DNA of 64,000 bases from NCBI GenBank assembly GCA_963844035.1, contig CAWJMT010000035.1, positions 224,001-288,000 of the forward strand. Reading direction: 5' to 3'. Under the pieces are notes generated by a model. It made no database searches. It was not told the origin of the DNA and was given only the letters and a program-made list of their open reading frames with translations. Within the stretch, counting starts at the first letter, position 1, and the number at the start of each line of letters is the position of its first letter. This DNA comes from an uncultured Gemmatimonadales bacterium (GTDB lineage Bacteria > Gemmatimonadota > Gemmatimonadetes > Gemmatimonadales > GWC2-71-9). Below are positions 54,024-64,000 of the stretch, in pieces. A program made the translations under genes and the position numbers.

Positions 54024-56458
54024 CGGCTCCCGTCCCAGACGCGGTGCCCGTGTCGCCGGTCTCGTCCACTGAGCAGTGGGCGCTCCCGGTCCTGCCGCTC
54101 GGCCAGCTCGTCGTTTATCCGCACGTGGTGCTGCCGCTGACGCTCGACGATCCGCACGCGGTGCAGCTCATCGATGAGGTGGTCCAAGGCTCGAAGCGGC
54201 TGCTGCTCGGCGTTGTGAAGCCGCGGGGCGGCACGGAGCCCGCCGAGGGCTCGCTGATGGGTGCGCGCGGCGACGAGCTGTATGAGGTGGGCACCCTCGG
54301 CGTGTTGGTGCGCATGCTCAAGCTCGGCGACGGCTCGACGCGCGTGATGGTGCAGGGGCTGGAGCGCGCCAAGTTGATCGAGTTCGCTCCCGGCGATAAC
54401 TGGCTCGTGGCGCGCTACGAATCGCTCCCCGAGTCGGTGCTCGAGGACGCGCACACCGAAGCGCTGAAGCGCACCGTGCACGCCCAGTTCTCGCGTGTCG
54501 TGGACATCGCCCCGTACCTCGGCGAAGAGCTGCACGAAGTGCTGGCCGGGATCCATGGCGCCGGGAGACTCGCGGACTTCGTGGCCGCGAACCTCGATCT
54601 CGCGCTCCCCGCGAAGGCCGAGCTGCTCGCCCTGAACGACGTGAACCGCCGGCTGGAGCGGCTCACGGAGCTACTGGGGCAGGAGCTGCAGGTGCTCGAA
54701 GTTGGGAGCCAGATCCAGGAGAAGACGAAGAGCCGCCTCGACGCCAACCAGCGCGAGTACGTGCTGCGCGAGCAGCTCCGGGTGATCCGCCAGGAGCTGG
54801 GCGAAGAAGACGGCGACGACGAGCTCACCGAGCTGGGGCACAAGCTCGACGAGGTCGGCCTTTCACCTGAGGCACGTAAGGTCGCCGATCGCGAGCTGAA
54901 GCGGCTGCGCCAGATGTCGCCGCAGTCGGCCGAGTACCAGGTGGCGCGGACCTATCTCGACGTGCTGGCCTCACTCCCGTGGAGCCGCGTGTCGGAGGAT
55001 CGCCTCGACTTGAAGGCCGCGCGCGAGATCCTCGACCGCGATCACTACGACCTCAAGCTCGTCAAAGAGCGGATCCTCGAGTACCTCGCGGTCCGCACCC
55101 TCAACCCTCAGGCGAGAGGGAGCATCCTCTGTTTTGTCGGGCCTCCCGGCGTGGGGAAGACCTCGCTCGGCCAGAGCATCGCGGAGGCGCTGGGACGTCG
55201 CTTCACGCGGGTCTCGTTGGGTGGGGTGCGGGACGAGGCAGAAATCCGCGGCCACCGGCGCACCTACGTCGGCGCGCTCCCGGGCCGCATCATTCACGCG
55301 CTGCAGCGCGGCGAAACGCGCAACCCGCTGCTCATGCTCGACGAGGTGGACAAGATGGCGAGCGACGCGCGTGGCGATCCCACGGCGGCGCTGCTCGAAG
55401 TGCTCGACCCCGCGCAGAACCACACGTTCGGCGACCACTATCTGGAGGTGCCGTTCGATCTCTCCGGGGTGATGTTCATCGCGACCGCGAACAGCCTTAG
55501 CCCGATGGCCGATGCGTTGCTCGACCGGATGGAGGTGCTCACCCTCCCCGGGTACACGCCGGGCGAAAAGCTCGCCATCGCCAAGCGCTATCTGCTCCCC
55601 CGCCAACTCAAGGAAACCGGCCTCGACGCTGCCCGCGCCGCCGTGGCGGACGGGGCGCTGGAGCGGGTGATCGCCGAATACACCCGCGAAGCCGGGGTGC
55701 GCCAGCTCGAGCGCGAGATTCAGGGCGTGCTCCGCAAGGCGGCGCGCGAGGTGGTGGAAGGGCGGACCGAGATGGTGAAGATCACCGCCAAGAACCTCGA
55801 GAAGTACGCCGGCCAGCCCACCGTGCAGAGTGAGGTAGCCGGGCGACACCCGGAGGTGGGGGTTGCCACGGGGCTGGCGTGGACGCCCACCGGCGGCGAC
55901 ATCATCTTCGTGGAAGCGATCCAGATGCCCGGCCGGGGCCATATCACCCTCACCGGACAGCTCGGCGACGTGATGAAGGAGTCGGCGCAGGCGGCATGGA
56001 GCTTGCTCCGTGCACGGGCGGGAGCCTTAGGGATTCCCCTCGATACGTTTACGGAGACCGACGTCCACCTGCATGTTCCAGCGGGCGCGGTGCCGAAAGA
56101 CGGCCCGTCGGCCGGGATCACGATTGCGACGGCGCTGGCCTCGCTGCTGTGCCGCCGCCCGGCGCGCCACGACGTGGCGATGACGGGCGAGCTGACGCTC
56201 CGAGGGCGCGTCTTGCCGATCGGCGGGCTGAAAGAGAAACTGATTGCGGCCGCGCGCGCGGGCGTAAAGACGGTGCTCGTGCCGGCTCGCAATCAGAGCG
56301 ATCTGGTGGAGGTGCCGGACGAAGTGAAGAAGCTCATCGACATCAAGACCGTGGAGACGCTCGATCAGGTGCTCGAGGCGGCGCTGCTCGAGCCCAGGTC
56401 GCCGCGCGCCGTCGCCCTGCGTGTGAACAAGAGTCTGCCGCGGGAAGCGGCGCCATGA
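54020..56458 (+). CDS. lon: ATP-dependent Lon protease
   Basis: LON N-domain, GPPGVGKTS, RGHRRTYVGA.PG, LDEVDK, PKDGPSAG, MTGE.TLRG.VLPIGGLKEK. Confidence 0.97.
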   Translation: MTAPVPDAVPVSPVSSTEQWALPVLPLGQLVVYPHVVLPLTLDDPHAVQLIDEVVQGSKRLLLGVVKPRGGTEPAEGSLMGARGDELYEVGTLGVLVRMLKLGDGSTRVMVQGLERAKLIEFAPGDNWLVARYESLPESVLEDAHTEALKRTVHAQFSRVVDIAPYLGEELHEVLAGIHGAGRLADFVAANLDLALPAKAELLALNDVNRRLERLTELLGQELQVLEVGSQIQEKTKSRLDANQREYVLREQLRVIRQELGEEDGDDELTELGHKLDEVGLSPEARKVADRELKRLRQMSPQSAEYQVARTYLDVLASLPWSRVSEDRLDLKAAREILDRDHYDLKLVKERILEYLAVRTLNPQARGSILCFVGPPGVGKTSLGQSIAEALGRRFTRVSLGGVRDEAEIRGHRRTYVGALPGRIIHALQRGETRNPLLMLDEVDKMASDARGDPTAALLEVLDPAQNHTFGDHYLEVPFDLSGVMFIATANSLSPMADALLDRMEVLTLPGYTPGEKLAIAKRYLLPRQLKETGLDAARAAVADGALERVIAEYTREAGVRQLEREIQGVLRKAAREVVEGRTEMVKITAKNLEKYAGQPTVQSEVAGRHPEVGVATGLAWTPTGGDIIFVEAIQMPGRGHITLTGQLGDVMKESAQAAWSLLRARAGALGIPLDTFTETDVHLHVPAGAVPKDGPSAGITIATALASLLCRRPARHDVAMTGELTLRGRVLPIGGLKEKLIAAARAGVKTVLVPARNQSDLVEVPDEVKKLIDIKTVETLDQVLEAALLEPRSPRAVALRVNKSLPREAAP

Positions 56459-56844
56459 GCGAGTTCGCCACGCTCGAGCAGGCGTTCGCCGAGATCCGGG
56501 AACGCGACGGCCGCTATCAGGAGCGCGGCTACCTGTTCGTGCTGGCGGCGCTCGAGTTCGCCCAGGGCCGCCTGCCGGCCCGGCGCCATTTGACCGGCGC
56601 GGAGCTCGCGTGGGCGTGCCGCGACTTTGCGCAGGAGCAGTTCGGACTGCTGGCGCCCGCCGTGCTCGAGTACTGGGGGGTCACCACTACCAACGACTTT
56701 GGTCGCATCGTCTTCATGCTCATCGACGTGGGGCTGCTGGCGCGCCAGGAATCCGACCGGGTCGAGGATTTCGACAGCGTGTACGATTTCGACGGTGTGT
56801 TCCGGGTCGGCTACCGCTGGCCCGGCGTTGGGGGACGCACGTAG
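56455..56844 (+). CDS. Minf_1886-like conserved hypothetical protein
   Basis: D.RY....Y.FV..AL, RH.TG.EL...C...A...FG.LA..VL..WG...T.DFG.IVF.LI..G. Confidence 0.75.
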   Translation: MSEFATLEQAFAEIRERDGRYQERGYLFVLAALEFAQGRLPARRHLTGAELAWACRDFAQEQFGLLAPAVLEYWGVTTTNDFGRIVFMLIDVGLLARQESDRVEDFDSVYDFDGVFRVGYRWPGVGGRT

Positions 56845-56852
56845 GCGCAGAC

Positions 56853-57678
56853 TTGGCCGCCGTGCGCGCGCCCGCCGTGAGCGGCCGCTTCTATCCGGGC
56901 ACACCGCGCGAGCTCGAGGGCGCCGTCCGCGACTTGCTCGCCCAGGTGCCCAACGCCGTCCCCGGACCGGTTCGCGGAGCGCTCGCCCCGCACGCCGGAT
57001 ACCTCTACTCCGGATTCACCGCTGCCTGCGTGTTCGCACGCGTCACGATTCCTCCGCTGGTCGTCATTCTGGCCCCGAACCACACCGGGGTGTGCCGCGC
57101 TCCCGGCGGCGCGTCCCTGTGGGAAGCGGGTGCGTTCCGCACGCCGCTTGGGGATGTCACCGTGGACGACCGCTTCGCCGCTTTACTCCTCGGTGCCAGT
57201 CCGCTCGTCGCTGCGGACCCCGATGCCCACCGCGGTGAACACGCCATCGAAGTCCTGTTGCCGTTTCTCCAGGTGCTGCGGACCGACGTTCGGATCGTGC
57301 CGGTGGTGCTCGCATGGGATTCGTGGACGGCGTGCCGGGCAGCTGGGTCTCGCCCTGGCGCAGCTGGTCACACGGTGGCCCGAGCCGGTGCTCCTGCTCG
57401 CGTCGAGCGATCTCAGCCACTACGAACCGGCGGCGGTGTCGCAGCGAAAGGACGCCGCCGCGTTGGACGCGATGACGGTGCTGGATGGCGAGGAGCTGCT
57501 CGCCCGCTGCGCGCGCGAGCCGATCTCGATGTGCGGGCGGGCGCCAGCGGCGGCAATCGCGGTGGCGACGCGCGCGCTCGGCGCGGCGCACGGTACGGTC
57601 GTGGATTATCGGCACTCGGGCTGGGTGACCGGGGATGAGACCGCGGTGGTGGGCTACGGCGGAATGGTGATCGCGTGA
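56853..57678 (+). CDS. AmmeMemoRadiSam system protein B (MEMO1 family); apparent frameshift near 57340
   Basis: R.PAVSG.FYP, PHAGY.YSG, PNHTG, TPLG, EHAIEV.LPFLQ, ASSDLSHY, SMCG, VVGY. Confidence 0.88.
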
Positions 57679-59198
57679 ATCAGATTCCGGTGCTGTCGGC
57701 CACCGAGGCGGCCGCGTGGGATACCGTGTCGCGCACGCAGTACCGCGTACCGAGCCGGGTCCTGATGGAGGCGGCCGGGCGGGCCGCGGCACAGGTGCTC
57801 GTCCGCGAGTTCCCGGCGGCGGTGACCGATGGTGCCCTGGTGGTCGCGGGGGCGGGAAATAACGGCGGCGACGGCTGGGTGATCGCGCGCGCCCTCCACG
57901 CCTCGGGCGTGCCGGTGTGGGTCGCGGCGCTCGATCCCAAGACCGATGACGCGATCGACAACCGTGCGCTGGCCCGCGTCGATGGCGTGCGCGAGCTGGG
58001 TCGGGCCGAGCCCTGGCCGGTGGCGGCCGTCGTGGTGGACGCGTTGCTCGGCACCGGAGCGGCAGGGCCGGCGCGCGGGGACGTGCTCGCGCTGGCGCAG
58101 CGCATCGTCACGTACGGCGCTCCCGTGGTGGCGATCGACGGACCGACCGGCCTCGATCTGTCGAGCGGCGAGGCGCACGGTCCGGTTCGCGCGCGCGTCA
58201 GCATCACCTTTGGCGGCGTGCGGCGCGGCCACCTGCTGGCGCGCGAGTGGTGCGGGCGCGTCGTGGTGGTGGACATCGGTCTCCCGCCCCCCGATCCCGC
58301 GTGGCCGCTGCTCGTGACCGACGCCTGGGCCAGCGCACGTCTGCCGCGGCTCGCGCCGACCATGCACAAGGGAGACCGGGGCCGCGTGACCGTGGTGGGT
58401 GGCGCCGCCGGCATGACCGGCGCGGCGCTGCATGCGGCGCGGGCCGCACTCGCTGCCGGCGCCGGCCTCGTGAAGCTGGTCGCGGCGGCGGATACACTCG
58501 CAGCCGCGCGCGCCAGCCTTCCCGATGTGCTCACCGTCGAATCGGCGCTCGGGCCCGAGCTCGAGCCTGCCGTCGCCGAAGCGCTGGACTGGGCGGACGC
58601 GTTGGTGGTGGGACCGGGTCTGGGTCGCGAGTCGGCGCGCGGCGCGTTCTTGCAGGCCGTACTCGCGCGCCGTTCGATTCCCACCGTTGTGGATGCCGAC
58701 GCGTTGACGCTGTTCCAGGGCGAGGCGACCCGGCCCACAGTGTTCACGCCCCACCTGGGCGAGTTTCGCGCGCTGTTCGGCGATCAGCTCGCCGATGCCG
58801 CGGCCAATGATCGCTGGGGCGCTGCGGCGAAAGCCGCGCAAAGGGTCCGGGGCACCGTCCTGCTCAAGGGCGTTCCCACCGTGATCGCCGACTTGCGGGG
58901 GCCGGCGCACGTCGTCGCGAGCGGCAATCCAGGACTCGCGACCGGCGGATCGGGGGACCTGCTCGCGGGGTTCATCGGCGCGTTCCTGGCGCGCGGCGGC
59001 GCCCCGCCCGAAGCCGCCGCCCTCGGTGCCCATGCCCTCGGCCGCGCCGCCGAGCACGGCGCGCGGCAGTGGACGGCCCGCAGCCTCCGACCTGCCGACG
59101 TGCTCGCCGCCCTCCCCGACATCTGGCGTGCGTGGGCGGACACGAAGCCGTGCACCCCACCCGTCATCACGCTGCTCGAGTCGCCGGAGACGGAATGA
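57675..59198 (+). CDS. nnr: bifunctional NAD(P)H-hydrate epimerase/dehydratase
   Basis: LME.AG, G.GNNGGDG, DALLGTG, HKG..G, GPGLG, DADAL, TPH.GE, LATGGSGD.LAG. Confidence 0.93.
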   Translation: MNQIPVLSATEAAAWDTVSRTQYRVPSRVLMEAAGRAAAQVLVREFPAAVTDGALVVAGAGNNGGDGWVIARALHASGVPVWVAALDPKTDDAIDNRALARVDGVRELGRAEPWPVAAVVVDALLGTGAAGPARGDVLALAQRIVTYGAPVVAIDGPTGLDLSSGEAHGPVRARVSITFGGVRRGHLLAREWCGRVVVVDIGLPPPDPAWPLLVTDAWASARLPRLAPTMHKGDRGRVTVVGGAAGMTGAALHAARAALAAGAGLVKLVAAADTLAAARASLPDVLTVESALGPELEPAVAEALDWADALVVGPGLGRESARGAFLQAVLARRSIPTVVDADALTLFQGEATRPTVFTPHLGEFRALFGDQLADAAANDRWGAAAKAAQRVRGTVLLKGVPTVIADLRGPAHVVASGNPGLATGGSGDLLAGFIGAFLARGGAPPEAAALGAHALGRAAEHGARQWTARSLRPADVLAALPDIWRAWADTKPCTPPVITLLESPETE

Positions 59199-60803
59199 AG
59201 GCGGTCAGGCGGACCGGCGGTCTGGCGGTCGGCTTCTTGGCCGGAGCATTGGTGACCGCCCGACCGCCCGACCGCCTGACCGCCCAATCTCTCTGGCGTC
59301 CCGACGAGCGGGTGCTCATCAGTGATTTCTCCTACGTCCGCGCGATCGCCGCGTCACCTTCGCTGGTCGTCGCCGCCACCACCCATGGCCTGACGATCTA
59401 TGATCGTCTCGCGCGCGCCTGGCAGCTGCCGGTGACGGCGCTGGATGGCTACCCGGTCGCGCCGGTGCGCGTGGCGCTCGCCGATGTGGTGGGCAACGCG
59501 GTTTGGTTCGGGACGGAGATGGGCTGGGCCCGCTTCGACGTCGATATCCGCCGCTGGGAGGAAGGGTACGCCGCGGGGGGCGTGAGCAACCTCATGATCG
59601 ATGCCGGCGATCCCGCGAGCGGGGCATACGTCCAAACTGGTGCGGGGTGGGGGTTCCTGGCCCGCGGCATGCCGGCGCCGGTCCTCGGTGGGCCGCTGCC
59701 GCCGCCGGGACGCCGCGTGGTTCCGCTGACCCCCGAGGCCGCATTGCGGCTGGCGCCGGCAGCGGACGCGCTGCGCGCCTTCCTGCTCACGGATGCGCGG
59801 CTGCGCACCGCCCGGTTCACCAGCGCCGCGCGCACCTCCGACCGCTCCGAGCTGTTCTTCGGTACCAGCGGTGTGGGTGTCGTGCGATTCGACCCGACGA
59901 GCACGGAACGCGAGCCGCTGCCGTTCGGACTGCTGGCACCTCGCAGCGGTGCGCTGGCCCTTGAGGGGAACGGTGTGTGGGTGGCGAGCCTGGCGCGCGT
60001 GGGCGAGCGCAGCGGGCTCAGCTGGGTCGCCGCCGATCTTTCCACCGTCAAGACGTTCCAGGGCGCGGGCGTCACCGGCTACGGCTTTTTGGAGGGTCGC
60101 CGGCTCGTCGCCGCCGGGCCGTTTCTGTGGCTCGCGTGTGAGCGTGGCGTACTGAAGATCGACCCGGGGAGCGAGCGGAGCCGTCTGTTCGAAGCACGCA
60201 GCGTGCTGCCCGATGCGGTACTGAGTCTCGCACCGGCCCCCGATGGTGTGTGGGTGGGGACGGCGCGCGGGCTTGCCCGCATCACGCCCGACGACCGCGT
60301 GCTCACGATCGGAACGCTCACGCATCCCGTGCTCTCCCTGCTGGTCGTGCACGACAGCCTATGGGTCGGCACGACTGCCGGGCTCGGATTACTCCGCTAC
60401 GGCGATGAAGAGGTGGGCGTCCCGCCGGAAATCGCCGAGCAACCCTCATTGCGAGCGCCGATTCTCGCGCTCGCCACCGTCGGCGACGTGCTCGTCGTGG
60501 TGACCGTGGACCAGTTCGCCTGGCGCGATCCCGCCACGAGCCGGTGGACGCTGCTTCACGCCCGCACCGACCTGGGCGCGATCACCGCGCTCGCGGGCGA
60601 TCCCGAGGCCGGCGGCGTGTGGATCGCGGGGACGACCGGCGTGGCGTTCTGGGAGCTGCCACGCGGCACGTTCCACGTCTTGCGGGCGCCCGATGACGTT
60701 CCGGCCGCGGTGCACGATATCGCCGTCGATGCGCGACTTCGTCTGGGTTGCCACGGACAGCGGACTGGTGCGCTTCACTCGCTCCGCGGCGCTGGGCCGA
60801 TGA
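59195..60803 (+). CDS. secreted beta-propeller protein; apparent frameshift near 60740
   Basis: Signal peptide; repeated (V/L)W(V/F)GT..G(L/V) blades; C-terminus VWVATDSGLVRF in the next frame, stop overlaps the thiL ATG. Confidence 0.7.
59199..59285. repeat. inverted pair of 8-bp tandem arrays (AGGCGGTC-type x4)
   Basis: aggcggtc aggcggac cggcggtc tggcggtc ... gaccgcc cgaccgcc cgaccgcc tgaccgcc c. Confidence 0.9.
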
Positions 60804-61765
60804 AATCGGGTCTGCCGCTCGGCCCGGGCGCGGAATTCGACCGGCTGCGCGCCATCTTCACGCGGCTGGGCGCGGTGGGGCAGGGGCTGGGCGACGACAC
60901 GGCGTTGCTGCGGCTCGGCGCGACCACGCTGGCCGTAAGCATGGATCTGAGCCTCGAAGGGGTGCACTTCCGCACCGAATGGCTCTCGTTCGCCGAGATC
61001 GGATGGCGGGCGACGGCGGCGGCACTCTCGGATCTCGCGGCTGAGGGAGCGAAACCGGTCGGAGTGCTGGTGTCACTCGGAATTCCCGGGGGACGGGGGA
61101 AGGGGGAAGGGGGAAGCGGTGAGATCCCGGCGCGGACATCATGGCGGGCGTCGCGGCGGCAGCGAAGCATGTCGGCGCCAAGGTGCTGGGCGGCGACTTG
61201 GTGCGCTCGGAGCGCTATCTCGTGGATGTCTGCGTGCTCGGGACGGTGCAACGGCCCGTGCGTCGCAGCGGAGCGCATGCCGGGGACGGCGTCTGGGTGA
61301 CTGGGGAGCTCGGTGGGGTGGCACGCGCGCTCGAGGAATTTCGCTCAGCGACGTGCACCCGAGGGAGCGCTGCGCGAGCGGTTTTCCCGGCCCATGCCGC
61401 GCATCCCAGCGGGGCGCTGGTTGGCGCAGCACGGCGCCCGGGCCATGATCGACATCTCCGACGGGCTCGCGGCGGACGCCGGCCACCTCGCCGCCGCGTC
61501 GGGGATCGCACTCGAGATCGAGCTGGAGCGGATTCCCTGCTGGTCCGGCATGACCCCGCGCGACGCGCTCGCGAGCGGCGAGGAGTACGAGCTGCTGGTC
61601 GCGCTGCCCAAGGGCTTCGGGGAGCGGAGCGCGCGGGCGTTCACGCGCGCGACCGGTCTCGCGCTCACGCTCATCGGGCGTTGCGTGAAGGGCGCGGGAG
61701 TGCGGCTCACCGAAGCCGGTCGTTCGGTCCCGGCGCCCGCGGGCTTCGACCATTTCGCCCCATGA
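60800..61765 (+). CDS. thiL: thiamine-monophosphate kinase; apparent frameshifts near 61125 and 61345
   Basis: EFD.L, GLGDD.A, D...EGVHF, LSDLAA.GA.P, GGDL, RRSGA..GD.VWVTG.LG, IDISDGL, GEEYELL. Confidence 0.9.
61088..61122. repeat. 7-bp tandem array (GGGGGAA x4) inside thiL
   Basis: gggggac gggggaa gggggaa gggggaa gcggtga; translated as GGRGKGEGGSGE. Confidence 0.8.
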
Positions 61766-62500
61766 TCCGGTTCTTCTGGGTCACCCTGATCTCGCTGCCG
61801 TCCACGTTTGTGCACGCGCTCGCGGCGGTGTTGGCGGCGCTCCTGGGCGTGAAACGGCGGCCGGGCGGCGTGTACGACTGGGCCACCGTTGATTGGTCGC
61901 GGGACATCCTGCGCGCGGCGGGGACGCCAGTCGTGGCCGCGGGGTTGGACCGGATTCCCCGCGACCGGCCCGTGCTCTATGCTGCGAACCACACGTCGAT
62001 GTTCGACATCTGGGCGCTCGCGGCCACGCTGCCCGGGATCGACACGGTTCGTCGCCAAGGAGGAGCTGGGGCGGATCCCGCTCGTCGGTCTCGCGATGCG
62101 GCGCGCCGGGCACATCATGATCGATCGCTTCAACCGGGCGCGGGCGTTCGCGGCCTACGAGCAGGCCGCCGAAACGATCCGCAGCGGCATCTCGCCCGAT
62201 CGTGTTTCCCGAAGGGACGCGCAGCCGCACCGGGGAGCTGCAGCCCTTCAAGAACGCGCCGTTCGGGCTCGCGATCGCGGCCCAGGTCCCGATCGTCCCG
62301 CTGTACGTGGATGGCACCTACCGCATCCTTCCGAAGGGCGGGCTGCGCCTGCACCCGATGCCGATCCGCATCGAGATCGGGGAGCCGATCCCGACCGCCG
62401 GCCTGACCCGCGGCCGATCGCGACAAATTGCGCGACCGCGTGCGGGCGGCGATCTCCGGCGCTCAAGGCGCGCGTTGACGCAGGCGCCCCGGTCCACTAG
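61762..62500 (+). CDS. plsC: 1-acyl-sn-glycerol-3-phosphate acyltransferase (PlsC family); several apparent frameshifts
   Basis: ANHTSMFD, FVAKEEL..IP, GH..IDR, FPEGTRS, PFK. Confidence 0.82.

Positions 62501-64000
<1,500 letters not shown>

Noticed and set aside
59069..61300. Beta-propeller-ThiL fusion ORF
   Set aside because: The propeller's last blade and stop (60803) lie in another frame with ATGA overlap; indel artefact.

Overview
High-GC bacterial chromosomal core region. Gene content and order (Hpt-like protein/pdxJ, DUF4159-DUF4175-TPR cluster, JAB-DinG, DUF2723, selA-valS, lon-Minf_1886-MEMO-nnr-thiL-plsC-eno-ftsB) suggest Gemmatimonadota, but this is an inference. About 58 protein genes are present, mostly housekeeping (ispE, pdxJ, mce, trxA, rsmI, gltX, purH/purN, selA, valS, thrS, thiolase/hbd/ACAD, rpiB, glyA, lon, nnr, thiL, eno), plus two tRNA-Ser genes, a trehalose cluster, a REC-GGDEF-REC protein, a thiol-redox cluster and a type IV pilin. 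Many genes, including essential ones, carry apparent single-base frameshifts, best explained as long-read indel errors, so several boundaries are approximate. No transposase, integrase, rRNA or CRISPR array was seen. The most striking unexplained structure is a dispersed family of short 7- and 8-bp tandem repeats, often paired as inverted arms. In three unrelated exported proteins the arms encode the flanks of the signal peptide (e.g. 'AVGRTGGLAV...TARPPDRLTAQ'). Single arms sit in-frame inside valS and thiL, and others supply stop codons. Other leads are a membrane-sensor-fused trehalose-6-P synthase, a His-less multi-Hpt protein, a shared GTGA-N6-TCAC motif at the pilin and OMP/lipoprotein promoters, an unannotated 51-aa membrane protein before thrS, and possible leaderless promoters.
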